DNA of 64,000 bases, taken from the NCBI GenBank assembly GCA_002104905.1, contig MCFE01000013.1, positions 62,001 to 126,000 on the forward strand, read 5' to 3'. Source of the DNA: Basidiobolus meristosporus CBS 931.73. Taxonomy: Eukaryota > Fungi > Basidiobolomycota. The position numbers were made by a program, and so were the translations under genes. The notes below the pieces were generated by a model. It was not told where the DNA came from and did no database searches. It worked only from the letters and a program-made list of their open reading frames with translations. Positions 27,645-38,568 of this stretch are shown here, piece after piece. Every line of letters begins with the position of its first letter. Within the stretch, counting starts at the first letter, position 1.

Positions 27645-28234
27645 ATGACAGAGCAAGAGCCAAGTACAACTAACCACGATAGCGTACGAATCACCTTTCT
27701 TCTTCTTTCAGGAAAACGCCACTCTTTAACTTTTCAACCTAGTAATACAATCGGCGAGGTTAAACAGTACTTGTTTGACAATTGGCCTTCAGGTTGTTAG
27801 AATACCATTCGTTTACTTACTAGCTCCTTCTCATTCGAGCCATCTTTACTCACTGCTGGTAAAGTGCTTCACTAAAGACTCCTTTTCCAATTCAACAGAG
27901 TGGACAGAAGGGCAACCCACTTCCCCCGCAAGCTTAAAGATTGTTCACTTGGGACGTTTCTTGGAGAACAGTTCTACGATAGCCTGTAAATGCGACCTTT
28001 CGTCCACCCCTTACGCTACGAACAACACTGACCTTCTTCCATCCCTCAGCCACAAAAATAAACACGCAGCAGGAGAACATTGTGCATTTGACCATCAAAA
28101 TCCCCTCACAGACTGATAGTAATGGTATGCTGCAGTTACAGGGCCTTCTTTGTTCCAAGCTAACCGCTTCTTATCTAGATACAAATAAGCACTCTGACAA
28201 TGCTCCCAAGTGCCGAGTCTGCCTAATCTTATAG
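27645..28234 (+). CDS. Membrane-anchored ubiquitin-fold protein (MUB/UBL3-like) with CAAX box, 4 exons
   Basis: Spliced product: VRITFLLLSGKRHSLTFQPSNTIGEVKQYLFDNWPSEWTEGQPTSPASLKIVHLGRFLE...IVHLTIK...APKCRVCLIL*. Confidence 0.82.
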
Positions 28235-28581
28235 CCCTGGTGCTGTGAAAAACCACTACTGCGTTGTTTGCAACTTTATTACCTTCCACTTTTTGTTTCG
28301 AGCCGGAATTATATTCATTACTTTCTAGATTCTTTACTGTTTGTTGACTTTTAAATTCTCATTTATGCGACCTTACTTAACCCACGTCATTACAACACTC
28401 TTTCTAACTTTTTACTCTCTTCCTCCGAGGCTTCAACAGTCCAATTTAATCCAAACATAAACTGTGACTCTATCTTGTCCAAATCATGTGATTAGTCCTT
28501 CTCATTAGCTGATCATCCAAACATCAGATCACCAAGCATTGTTGAGTGATTCCGATCAATTAATCTCTCCCAATTGCAGTC

Positions 28582-29143
28582 ATGTCTAGGAGAGGGAGTG
28601 GAGCAGGTAAAAAAGGTAAAAAGAAGAGTAAAAAGCTGGAGGTGACGGAAGAGCAACTTCAAGAGATCCGTGAAGCCTTTGGAGTATTCAATCCAGATGA
28701 GGACGGGTATATAAGAACCAGCAAACTCCATAACCTTCTGATCGCTCTGAGTCTCCACCTTGAACCTGCCGAGTTGAAAGAACTCAAGGGAGAATTGGAT
28801 CCAGATGGTGAGGGCCGATTTGGCTTCGATGAGTTCGTAGTGCTAATAAGCGATCGACTAGTAAGTGGTTGTATATTGCATTTGACCTGAACGCTGGTCT
28901 AATTTTCTTGTTAAGAACGACCGTGATGTTCGAGAAGAAGCTTTGAAATCGTTCGAGCTATTTGATCGTAAAGGACGAGGATACATCACCATCGCTGATC
29001 TGAGACAAGCGTCCCGTGAACTAGGTCAAAACATGGCGGAGGAAGAGCTTCAGGGAATGATGGAAATTGCAGACGCTAACCAGGATGGACGTGTTACGAA
29101 GGACGATTTTCTAAGGATTTTAGAACGAACACATCTAGTTTAG
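28582..29143 (+). CDS. Centrin/caltractin-like four-EF-hand protein, one intron
   Basis: Basic N-terminal tail followed by EEQLQEIREAFGVF, LDPDGEGRFGFDEF, FELFDRKGRGYITIADLRQASRELG and ADANQDGRVTKDDF. Confidence 0.85.
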
Positions 29144-29257
29144 CTTTGTGGTTAGTGTGTGTATGTTCGAAGGAATATTCATGTTTTATTAAAATAGGAT
29201 GTAGTAAACGATTATGTATGGATTTCGGTATTATATTAAATGTAATTGCCATGAGGG

Positions 29258-30602
29258 CTATTTCTTGATTACTGTGAAATAGATAATCAAGATGATCACC
29301 ACAATAAGAATGAGTAGGAAAACGAAAAGACACCATTTTTTCTATATACCACATGGGAAATGGAATGAGTACGAAGCTTTGCTGCGGTGGAACTGCCATG
29401 ATACACATACCTTTCTAGCACTAGCGGCATGGTCTTTTGCTACATCCAATTCCTTGTTCGCTTGCGTAGTATGGATGACCACTTCACTCATTTGTGTGTC
29501 TATTTCACGCACAACTTCATCCTGGGTCTCCACTAGCAGTTGCATCTCCTGGAACAAGTTGGCAAGTTCCTGTGTTGGAATCTTGTCAGTATTGTGCTAA
29601 CATGGCCACCACTCACGCTTCACATACTGTAATGGTTTTATCAATTTTGACAATATCCTCATGTCGATCTTGTACGGCTTGATAAACGTTACGAGCCTCA
29701 GCGCTTCTACTGGAGCTTACGATCTTTAGAGAGAAAATTAGGTGCTAGCATCAAGAGGGAGGGAGATACTGAATACCAACAGCTTGGGCGAACACTGGTT
29801 GATTACTATTTAGGGCATCATCAATCTCCTCCTGGGTGGCATCTGGATTAACTTGAAATGGAAAACCATATTAGAGGGTGTCAGTTTGAGAGCCTATTCG
29901 GCGCACCAACCAATTCGAATTTGTCTTTCTATCATCTGACGATATCTCTCTCTGTACATTCCCTCGATGTTTTGATAATTCCTCAACGCATCCAAGAACT
30001 TCGTTTTGAGGGCAAAATGCTATATACACTTGGTATGTGACAGGCCACTAGGATACATAAGAATGCCGTGTTCTACCTTGTTGACTCGGATCTGAGCATT
30101 AGCAGTGGCACCAAGCCTCATATTATTCGCCTCCATGGCTATTCATATATTCGCATTAGCACCTAATACTCGGAGTAATTTACGTCTCTGCAATTACCTC
30201 GGATGCGGTTTTTGGCATCGACCAATTTCACTCGAGTGTCATTAATAGTCTCATCCAAAGCCTGTGAGTTTCCTATAGGTTTCCGTCGTAAGAAACAGCA
30301 AATAGCGCACCCTGTACTATAGGTCATGAACATACTTGTTGACTCCTCATGACTAACAAGGTCCATGGAACGAATATGGAGGTCTTCAATGGCTCGCACA
30401 TTCTCGTTGATGTTGTTGATGCAATTCTCAATGTGTTGAGCCTATATTAGACGATTAACCACAAAGTACCGGGTGGTATGGCTAGTGTTTCCCAAGAAAA
30501 TACCTCATTCAAAAAGTCGTCAAGAGTCAGAGCACCTGGAGTAACTCTGTCAAGAGTCCCCATCTCGAGGTTACTCTCGTTATATCGTCGGGCTTGTTGC
30601 AT
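29258..30602 (-). CDS. SSO1: Plasma-membrane-type syntaxin (Sso/Psy1-like Qa-SNARE), multi-exon; start approximate
   Basis: Habc helices, SNARE segment (ALREVQDRHEDIVKIDKTI...MFQEMQLLVETQDEVVREID...ELDVAKDHAASARK) and C-terminal TM KKWCLFVFLLILIVVIILIIYFTVIKK*. Confidence 0.9.
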
Positions 30603-31206
30603 TTCTAACTAATAGAGGAGAGTTGCCAAGGAAGGAGTAGGAAGTATTTAAAGTCTGGCCACCTCTCAGTGGGGGATATGGAGTTTCAGCAAGTTGGTGA
30701 GAGGGTTGGGTATAAATGACTAAAAATAGGCGAATGAAACAATAATTAAAAAATAGCATCGCCTGCTGTTATGTTGCACAATGTAGCCAAAACCTGTCAG
30801 CTCAAGTGTATTGTAAATTGAATATTTTCATTAAAGTATGGATGTGTGACCCAGAAGAATATCATTTATTGGAGTGTTATTTAGAACAATGTTCTGGTGT
30901 GCGCAAATAATAAGTGGATGCTGATATCGAATCCTCCATCTTGTAAGATTCCAACCCGATAGCTCTGGAGTTCCCTCGCACCATGTCCTTGAAAGCTATC
31001 ACATACATCTGGCCTCTATCCAGTTTATCCAAAGTACAGGGGAATTCTCCATGGTCAAGGGATTGGTCCGGAATCATGAAGCATTTATATGACGATTTTA
31101 CCAATCATGGTTAATGATTGATAAAGTTTGTGATATTTCATTGAAATTGGTGATATGCTGAATGCTGTTTTCTAGCTTGAGCCTGGTTACTCGAACAACA
31201 TAATTA

Positions 31207-33535
31207 ATGCACTCAGTTCACTCCGTTTCCCTTGTAAAGCGCCTGAAATGGCATTTTACTGGAAATATGAACACGCACGCCCTTACCATTGGGGATGTTG
31301 ACAATGATAATGTATGTACTACTGAGCCTATTTGATAGAGATGCACAGAAGTAATGGAAAATGTAGGAGAATGAATTTGTGATTGGAAACATCAATGGTG
31401 ACTTGTCCATCTTTAAAGGTGCTTCTTTGGCTGGTACTCCCTGGAAGACTTGTAAAGGCTTGGGAACGGTACTATCTATTTGTGGTTCAGTCTACAAGTG
31501 CCTGTAACTTGACATTCTACTGGCTTCTAGATCACTGCAATTGCTGTCGGAGATATACGAAATTACGGAAAGGTAATTACTGTAAAATGCACTGAATCGA
31601 CAACCACCACGACATACTCACAGATTCGGATTTGCAAAGAACTCTGTCGTGTGTATCAATGCCGAGGGGGAGTGCCATGTATTCGATTGGCCTTTCTTGA
31701 TAGACACAAGCACCACTTCTTTTAAATTTAACCTCACAGATGAGGCAAGCTCAATCCGAAGAAATTCTGATGGTGGATCTATAGTCAACCAAAATACTCG
31801 TGGGTCTCGAGTGGTAGCCGCAGAGCGACTGCAAGCTATAGAACGACCTAACCTTACCATTCCGGTTCCGCTGAATATTGTTCAAATAATCATCGCTGAT
31901 ATTGGTAAATTACAATGCTTTACTGTGTCAATTCTATGGTCTTAGCTGATCTGACCTCTCACCGAAAGACGGGGATGGGATGAATGAGTTGGTCGTCGGC
32001 CGAACCGACCGAGTGCTTCATTCCTTCAATTTGAAAGAGCCTGTGGTGCCAAACAAAAGACCATCGACCCCTTCCGTCACTCCCAAGAAAGAGAATATTA
32101 AAGAAAGCAATTCCAGCCTGTCTACTTCGGTCAAGTCCATTGAAGAGTGGTCCAAGTATTCTCTGGAAGGCACAAAGATCAATATAGATACCAAACGAAA
32201 GGAGTATAAATCTACTGAAGAAGTCAGCACAGAGAAGCATGTTCTTGTGGAGAATCATCGATGGATCTTCGCTGATCAGGTTAGACACTACTCGTATGGA
32301 TTCTATCATCAAGTTGTTAATGCTGAGTGGATCTGCCTCAATATTTGTAGATTGGTTCGTTGGCGCTGTCACATGATGAAAACGGCGATCCGCTATTGCT
32401 TGTTGCCCAACCCAACGCTAGCTTTGTCATCATCAATAAGCAAGGGCAAAAAAGATCTTCGGATTCCAATGTAATACAGGAGAATTCATATGGAAGCGAG
32501 AACACGGAGAAGGACGATTATTTTAGCGGGGAGGTATCAACCGAGCTGGTTAGCAATGTGATGAGCTACGATGGTACACATTTGGTCATATGGATGCTCT
32601 CTAATTATCAGCTCTGACGTACCGATCCATTGACAGAAACTGGAAAGCCTACTTCAGATTTTGTTGCTGCTTTAACCATGGACGGTTGGCTCGACTCTGC
32701 ATGTCTTACTCATATTTAACATGTGTTCTAATCCAGTTTGTAAACTTATCTAGGCTTGATTGAATTCCACGATTTGAAGAACAAACTCATCAAAGTATGG
32801 CACCTGAAGATCATTCATAATCTGTTTGCCGCATGCAAACTGGATCTCAACGGAGACAATAATGATGAAGTAGTTACATGTGCCTGGGATGGGAACACTT
32901 ATATCATCGATAGCTCTTTCAATGTAGTTCATTTCGAATTTCCTGAGCGGGTGTGTGCCTTTATTGCAGGTAGAATCAAGTGGCAATTTGGATATTATTA
33001 TTACTTGTTATTAGGCAATCTTCTTAATCACATCACTCGTAGGACGTTATGCAATAGGCCCTGGGAAAAGTGTTCCTTGCTTATTTTACGTAGATTTTCA
33101 AGATCAAATCTACGTATACTATGATGTAAACGTCAAGTGCAAACCAACTCCAGATTTCCTGGAGATGGTTAAAGATATTGAACTGGTAGTTTTTGTATCA
33201 TCCCCCTTCGTGTTAACAAGTGTTGACAGATACCATGCTAGGATCCCGAATTGATCGCCGACAATATTGAATTGAAAGGTACCAGCAACTTGAGAGACAT
33301 TTCCGTTAGCCCAGTGCATAATCCGTTGTTTGCAGAGCACCTCTCAACTGATGAGCATCTGGATCGAGCAGCCAGAGTCAAATTCCTTCGGCATTGTTTG
33401 TACGATATACACACCTCAGCAGAGTTTAGACAATGGTATAGAGAGCATGTCAGTCCAAAGGTAGGCGTGTTTGGCAATCTGACGAATCCGAATCCATATA
33501 CTTATTTACCGCATCTTTCTACTCAAGAACAATAG
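31207..33535 (+). CDS. ITFG2: ITFG2-like FG-GAP beta-propeller protein (KICSTOR subunit family), multi-exon
   Basis: MHSVHSVSLVKRLKWHFTGNMNTHALTIGDVDNDN|ENEFVIGNINGDLSIFKG, DGDGMNELVVGRTDRVLHSF, LFAACKLDLNGDNNDEVVTCAWDGNTYIID and FPERVCAFIAG match my recollection of ITFG2. Confidence 0.82.
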
Positions 33536-33924
33536 CGCTAACGAAGATGAAGGTGAATATACTATGTATGGCGTTTGAATGTGCACACACTCAACAAACG
33601 AAAACTCAATTGTAATATATGGACAGTTCCAACCAAAAGCTAAATAAAACCGAGCCAAGGTTTACTGTTATGGTAATAGGAATTAATCTATCATTAGCTT
33701 AGTATGGAATATACGGATATTACAAATGCAGTGAGTATATTGAACAAGACCAATGATTTAGGGCTGACATTGCTGTTGCCATGGCTTTTTTTGCTATCCT
33801 CCTTGTTGGGACTAATGCTTCCAGTAGTAGAATCCACCTGTTGACCACCAGTAGATGCGTTATCGATGGACTACGGGATACCAACGAATTAGCCAAACCG
33901 CATGATTTTATCAGGTATATGAAA

Positions 33925-34640
33925 CTATCTTACCACAGCCAAACCAACCCGGGCATTCTCCACATCGTAGGCAGTATAGTATTGTCTCAAAAATACATCA
34001 CCCACAATCCAGATAGGCTAAGGAAAGGAGTAACATTAGACACTCACGCATGTGTTTGATATGATCTAATTAAAACCAATACCTGATTGACTTGGATAGC
34101 GGTAAATGTCGAAAAGCACCCATCGCTATCACGCATAATGTATTGGTCAGGAGTCAAAATATATGACTGACCACCAATCTGGAGAGAGATGTTTGGTAAT
34201 TTAGCCTTACAGGAAACTGCGTAGATTCCTTGGCTGCTGTTGATGGGGATTCCTCCCAGCAGCTGATTGATCCTCCGAGCTTCATCAGCGGGCATTGCAA
34301 TCAAGCTGGTGCCAGTATCCAATGCCGCGCCACTGGATCGGATAGAGATCTTGGAATTGCCCAAACTGACTGAATTCAACGCTACCTCCCAGTAACCTTT
34401 ACGAATAACTGGGGTCCAATGGATATCGCCGCGGTATCGACTACTATCGATTCCTCCGAAAGTGATCTCGCCACCAGCCGGATAAGATCCGAGATAAACG
34501 CCAAAAACCCCCTGATTAACCTTCTTTTGAGCGATCATGGTGTAAAAAGGTGGGAGGGTTTTCATTGAGCTAATGGTTGCGAAACCTAGCCCCAGAATTC
34601 CATCTGCCTTGACGTTTCTGAAAAAGTCCGCCTCCTTTAG
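33925..34640 (-). pseudogene. 5'-truncated pepsin-family (A1) aspartic protease: C-terminal half only
   Basis: ADGILGLGF, GEITFGG, GYWEV, AALDTGTSLI and [16 protein letters not shown] are present. No signal peptide, propeptide or first DTG lobe is found upstream on this strand. Confidence 0.7.
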
Positions 34641-34987
34641 GTATTGGTGTTCTATGTGGTCAGAAACCCAATTTGGAAATCCAGTCGCACTCTTGGCAAC
34701 AGCAATACACAAATCAGGCAAATGTGCCTGTCAAGCCTAGCATGAAATGATATATTCACTTCACATTAGAATTAATTAACAATTTGCCGGAATATTTATA
34801 ATAGATCAACGGCATTATGGTGAGATGATCAATAGTAATTAGTATTTTAATGGCATAGTATGTTGATACCAATTTGTATTAAACATGAAACCTGGAGTTT
34901 CATGGTGATATGGTCAATAAAAACGGCCCTGCTTGTGGCCCTGCTTGCTATTTCTAAATAGAAACCTGACTCTGATTCACCAATCCC

Positions 34988-35275
34988 ATGGGCCTTCCAT
35001 TGAACACATATCAGCACCCGTTGAAATTGGACGTCTCCACACAGTCCCGAACACCTGTTGTTTCTAGACATCACTCCAACATCGAATTCTATACTCAACT
35101 GTATCGCTTGGTTTTGGATGCTCGAGTCAACCAGATGAATATGGAAGCGTCTGATACTAGTCAACCAGCTTCAAGAAGCCCTCAACCTGTTGGACGGAAT
35201 CCTTTAGAAACCCTCACAGAGCTCCTACGAGATATAATCATTCAGGAGCAAAGACGACAACAAAGCGCAGCATAG
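34988..35275 (+). CDS. Hypothetical 95-aa protein
   Basis: ATG-initiated single-exon ORF with protein-like helical segments (EFYTQLYRLVLDARV; LETLTELLRDIIIQE). No family recognised. Confidence 0.35.
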   Translation: MGLPLNTYQHPLKLDVSTQSRTPVVSRHHSNIEFYTQLYRLVLDARVNQMNMEASDTSQPASRSPQPVGRNPLETLTELLRDIIIQEQRRQQSAA

Positions 35276-35710
35276 ATTGTTGCATGGATATCCATAAGCA
35301 TGTTAATTCTAGAGCGCGCTTTTCTTTAGCTTAACAATTGTTGAACTGGAGTGGGTCAAATCCCGGCATTCATAGATAAATAAAAATCACATGGTTATCA
35401 CCAATTAATCATGACTTGCCAGTAGGTGAATATTTATCCGCGCTCCGGTTCTCGGGAATGAATAGTACTTGCCTTCGTTGTTGGGGCAATTGATAACCAC
35501 AATCAGAGAATTGATGAGTAGATTTGCCAATCAATGTAATCATAGTCTAAACAGTATATTTGATGGAGCTTCTAGTTCCGGATATATAAAGAAGCCTCAG
35601 TAAACTGTGAACTTTGTTACTTCCATTAGTACATACTTTGTCCTCCCTTCGTGGTAATAACGGCGAGTCCATTTGTTTGTCGAGATCAGCAAAAACCATC
35701 CACCAGCACC

Positions 35711-35926
35711 ATGTTCAGCCTCTTCGAATTCAATTCCTGGATTTTGCTACTAGCACTTTTGACTGCCCTTCCTGTCATTCTGCTGGTATGTGTCGATTTA
35801 GCTACATATTTCGGCTTAGTTGCCTACACCGGGTTTAAGGATTTGTCCCGTCAGTCCACTTCACCGATTGGAGGAAAGATTGAGAGTAAACTTCAAAGTG
35901 CCAGAGTGAAAACCTCAGTAAATTGA
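35711..35926 (+). CDS. Hypothetical 71-aa single-pass membrane protein
   Basis: MFSLFEFNSWILLLALLTALPVILLVCVDLATYFG has a TM-like stretch and a basic tail. It is preceded by a pyrimidine-rich leader and a TATA-like GATATATAAAG near 35581. Confidence 0.4.
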   Translation: MFSLFEFNSWILLLALLTALPVILLVCVDLATYFGLVAYTGFKDLSRQSTSPIGGKIESKLQSARVKTSVN

Positions 35927-36372
35927 GAATACCTCACTACTTTTATGTCAGTTGAGTTTCAACAAATAGACTACCTGTAGGCTAGCTTATAGCTGGTCAT
36001 ATATAACACAGCAATATCCCACAACATGTTCTCCTATCACGTATATCACCAAGACTAATAAATTTTGACTACTATCGTTACTGAAATAGACAAATAGTTA
36101 TTCATGATTAGATATTTATTCGGAATGGTTGGATATTCATGCCAGATAATTTTAATGCATTCACGCAAAGAACAAATTGGAAGGTTTTTTTTCGAGAATC
36201 GTCAATAGAGAGAATCAAGAAAAAAAACATTCTCCTAGATTTGTGGTTGGTTACATGAAGAGAAGGGGGAGGGGACCATTGTAATCTATTGCCTCGAATA
36301 AAAATATCATTTAGTTAGATAGCTGACCACAGAACACCCGGAGGTCTTGACTTTCAGTTCATAGCATTTATC

Positions 36373-38334
36373 ATGGTATATACCTTCATCTACAGCATCA
36401 TAACACTGAAGTCGCTTATGCGTCAAGTGTATAACTGTCATTCCGATCTAGTAAATAATAACCACTTTTGCTCGTTTGTAGTCTCTTACCCCTGTCCAAA
36501 TTTTTAACGAAGAAGCCACACAAGAGCGTGCTGAAAATGCTCGTTTGGTCAGTATTCTTTTCGACTACCACTGCTCACTCCGACATACACTTACACATAG
36601 GTATAGTCTTGCTATGTAGGTGCAATCGCAGTCGGTGATTTAGTCAAGAGTACTTTGGGCCCCAAAGGAATGGTTTGTAGATTTTGTTTTTCTCTTGTAT
36701 GGAGCCCATAGCTAACATCTTCGGAACAGGACAAAATCCTTCAATCCGCTACCGATGGTACAATCATGGTAACCAACGATGGTGCTACTATCCTTAAATC
36801 CATCGCCTTGGATAACGCTGCCGCCAAGGTTCTTGTCAGTATCCTTTTTTCTTTGATGTAAACCTTATATAGGTATATGTATACCAGAAGCTGGTTGTTG
36901 TGTATCCTTAATGCCTACCAACAGATATTTCAAAAGTCCAAGATGATGAAGTAGGTGACGGAACTACCTCCGTATGCGTTCTTGCTTCCGAGCTTTTGAG
37001 AGAGGCTGAGAAGCTTGTTGGTCAAAAGATTCACCCACAAACCATTATTGATGGGTATAGACTTGCTAGCAGAGCTGCTTTCGAGGCTTTGGAAGCTTCC
37101 TCCAAGGACCACAGCCAGAACCCCGAGGAGTTCAGAAAAGACCTTGTCAACATTGCCCGCACTACTCTGAGCTCCAAGGTGTTGTCCCAAGATAAGGAGT
37201 ACTTCTCCAACCTTGCTGTCGATGCCGTCTTGCGTTTGAAGGGTAGCACCAACTTGGATAATATCCAAATCATCAAGAAGGTCGGTGGTCGCCTTTGCGA
37301 CTCTTTCTTGGATGAAGGTATTTAGATTTCCTCAAAGCTGGTCGTCCAGTCTATTACCTGTTGATTCATACTGATCCCACTCTTAAGGTTTCATCTTTGA
37401 CAAGAAGATTGGTGTCAACCAACCCAAGCGTATCGAAAATGCCAAGATCCTTATTGCCAACACCTCCATGGATACTGACAAGATCAAGATCTTTGGTGCC
37501 CGTGTTCGTGTAGATGCCACCGGCAAATTGGCTGAGTTGGAGAGAGCAGAGAAAGACAAGATGAAGGAGAAGGTTGAGAAGATCAAATCTCACGGAATCA
37601 ACTGCTTCGTTAACCGTCAACTTATCTACAACTGGCCCGAGCAATTGTTTGCTGATGCCGGTATCGCTGCCATCGAGCATGCTGACTTCGAAGGTGTTGA
37701 GAGATTGGCACTTGTCACTGGTGGTGAAATTGCCTCCACCTTTGATAACCCCGAGCTTGTTAAGCTTGGTCACTGTGATTTGATCGAGGAGATCATGATT
37801 GGGGAGGACAAGATGGTCAAGTTCTCTGGTGTTGCTGCCGGTGAGGCCTGTACCGTTGTCATCCGTGGTGCCACTCATCAAATCCTTGACGAAGCTGAGC
37901 GTTCTCTCCACGATGCTCTCTGTGTCCTCTCCCAAACCGTCAAGGAGCCACGTACCGTTCTTGGCGGTGGCTGCTCTGAAATGTTGATGTCCAAGGCCGT
38001 TGATGAGCTTGCTGCTGTCACTCCCGGCAAACAAGCCATTGCTATGGAATCCTTCTCTAAGGCTTTGAGACAGATCCCTACCATTTTGGCTGACAATGCT
38101 GGTTATGACAGTGCCGATTTGGTCTCCAAATTGAAGGCAGCCCACTACGAGCAGAAGAAGACTCATGGCCTTGACATGTACAACGGAGCTGTTGCCGATG
38201 TCCAAGAGCTTGGTATCACTGAATCTTTCAAACTCAAGCGTCAAGTTTTGCTCAGTGCTTCTGAAGCTGCTGAGATGATCTTGCGTGTTGACGACATTCT
38301 TAGAGCCGCCCCTCGGAGACGCGGTAACTATTAA
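36373..38334 (+). CDS. CCT2: T-complex protein 1 subunit beta (CCT2), multi-exon
   Basis: Motifs [18 protein letters not shown]|[40 protein letters not shown] and [12 protein letters not shown]. Confidence 0.98.
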
Positions 38335-38568
38335 TCATCCACATTGATTGACCAAGACTACCTGGATTCCGGTACATTCCAAATCACAATATTTTTAGTA
38401 GTAGATTGAACTTCACTTGCTATAATAAACCCCTGTTGTATTTTTGACCTTTTTCCTTTTCAAAACTGTACCATGATTCAGGGCATATCTGATCCAGCAC
38501 ATCTCCAAATAAATGGTGTCATCTCACTTGGATGGTATTTATTATTATCATGGACTTCAAAGCGCTTG

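Noticed and set aside
37366-38244. 292-aa antisense ORF over CCT2, and similar ORFs over RSP5, NOT1, cyclin B and RVB1
   Set aside because: Same codon-bias shadow; each is fully nested opposite a conserved gene.
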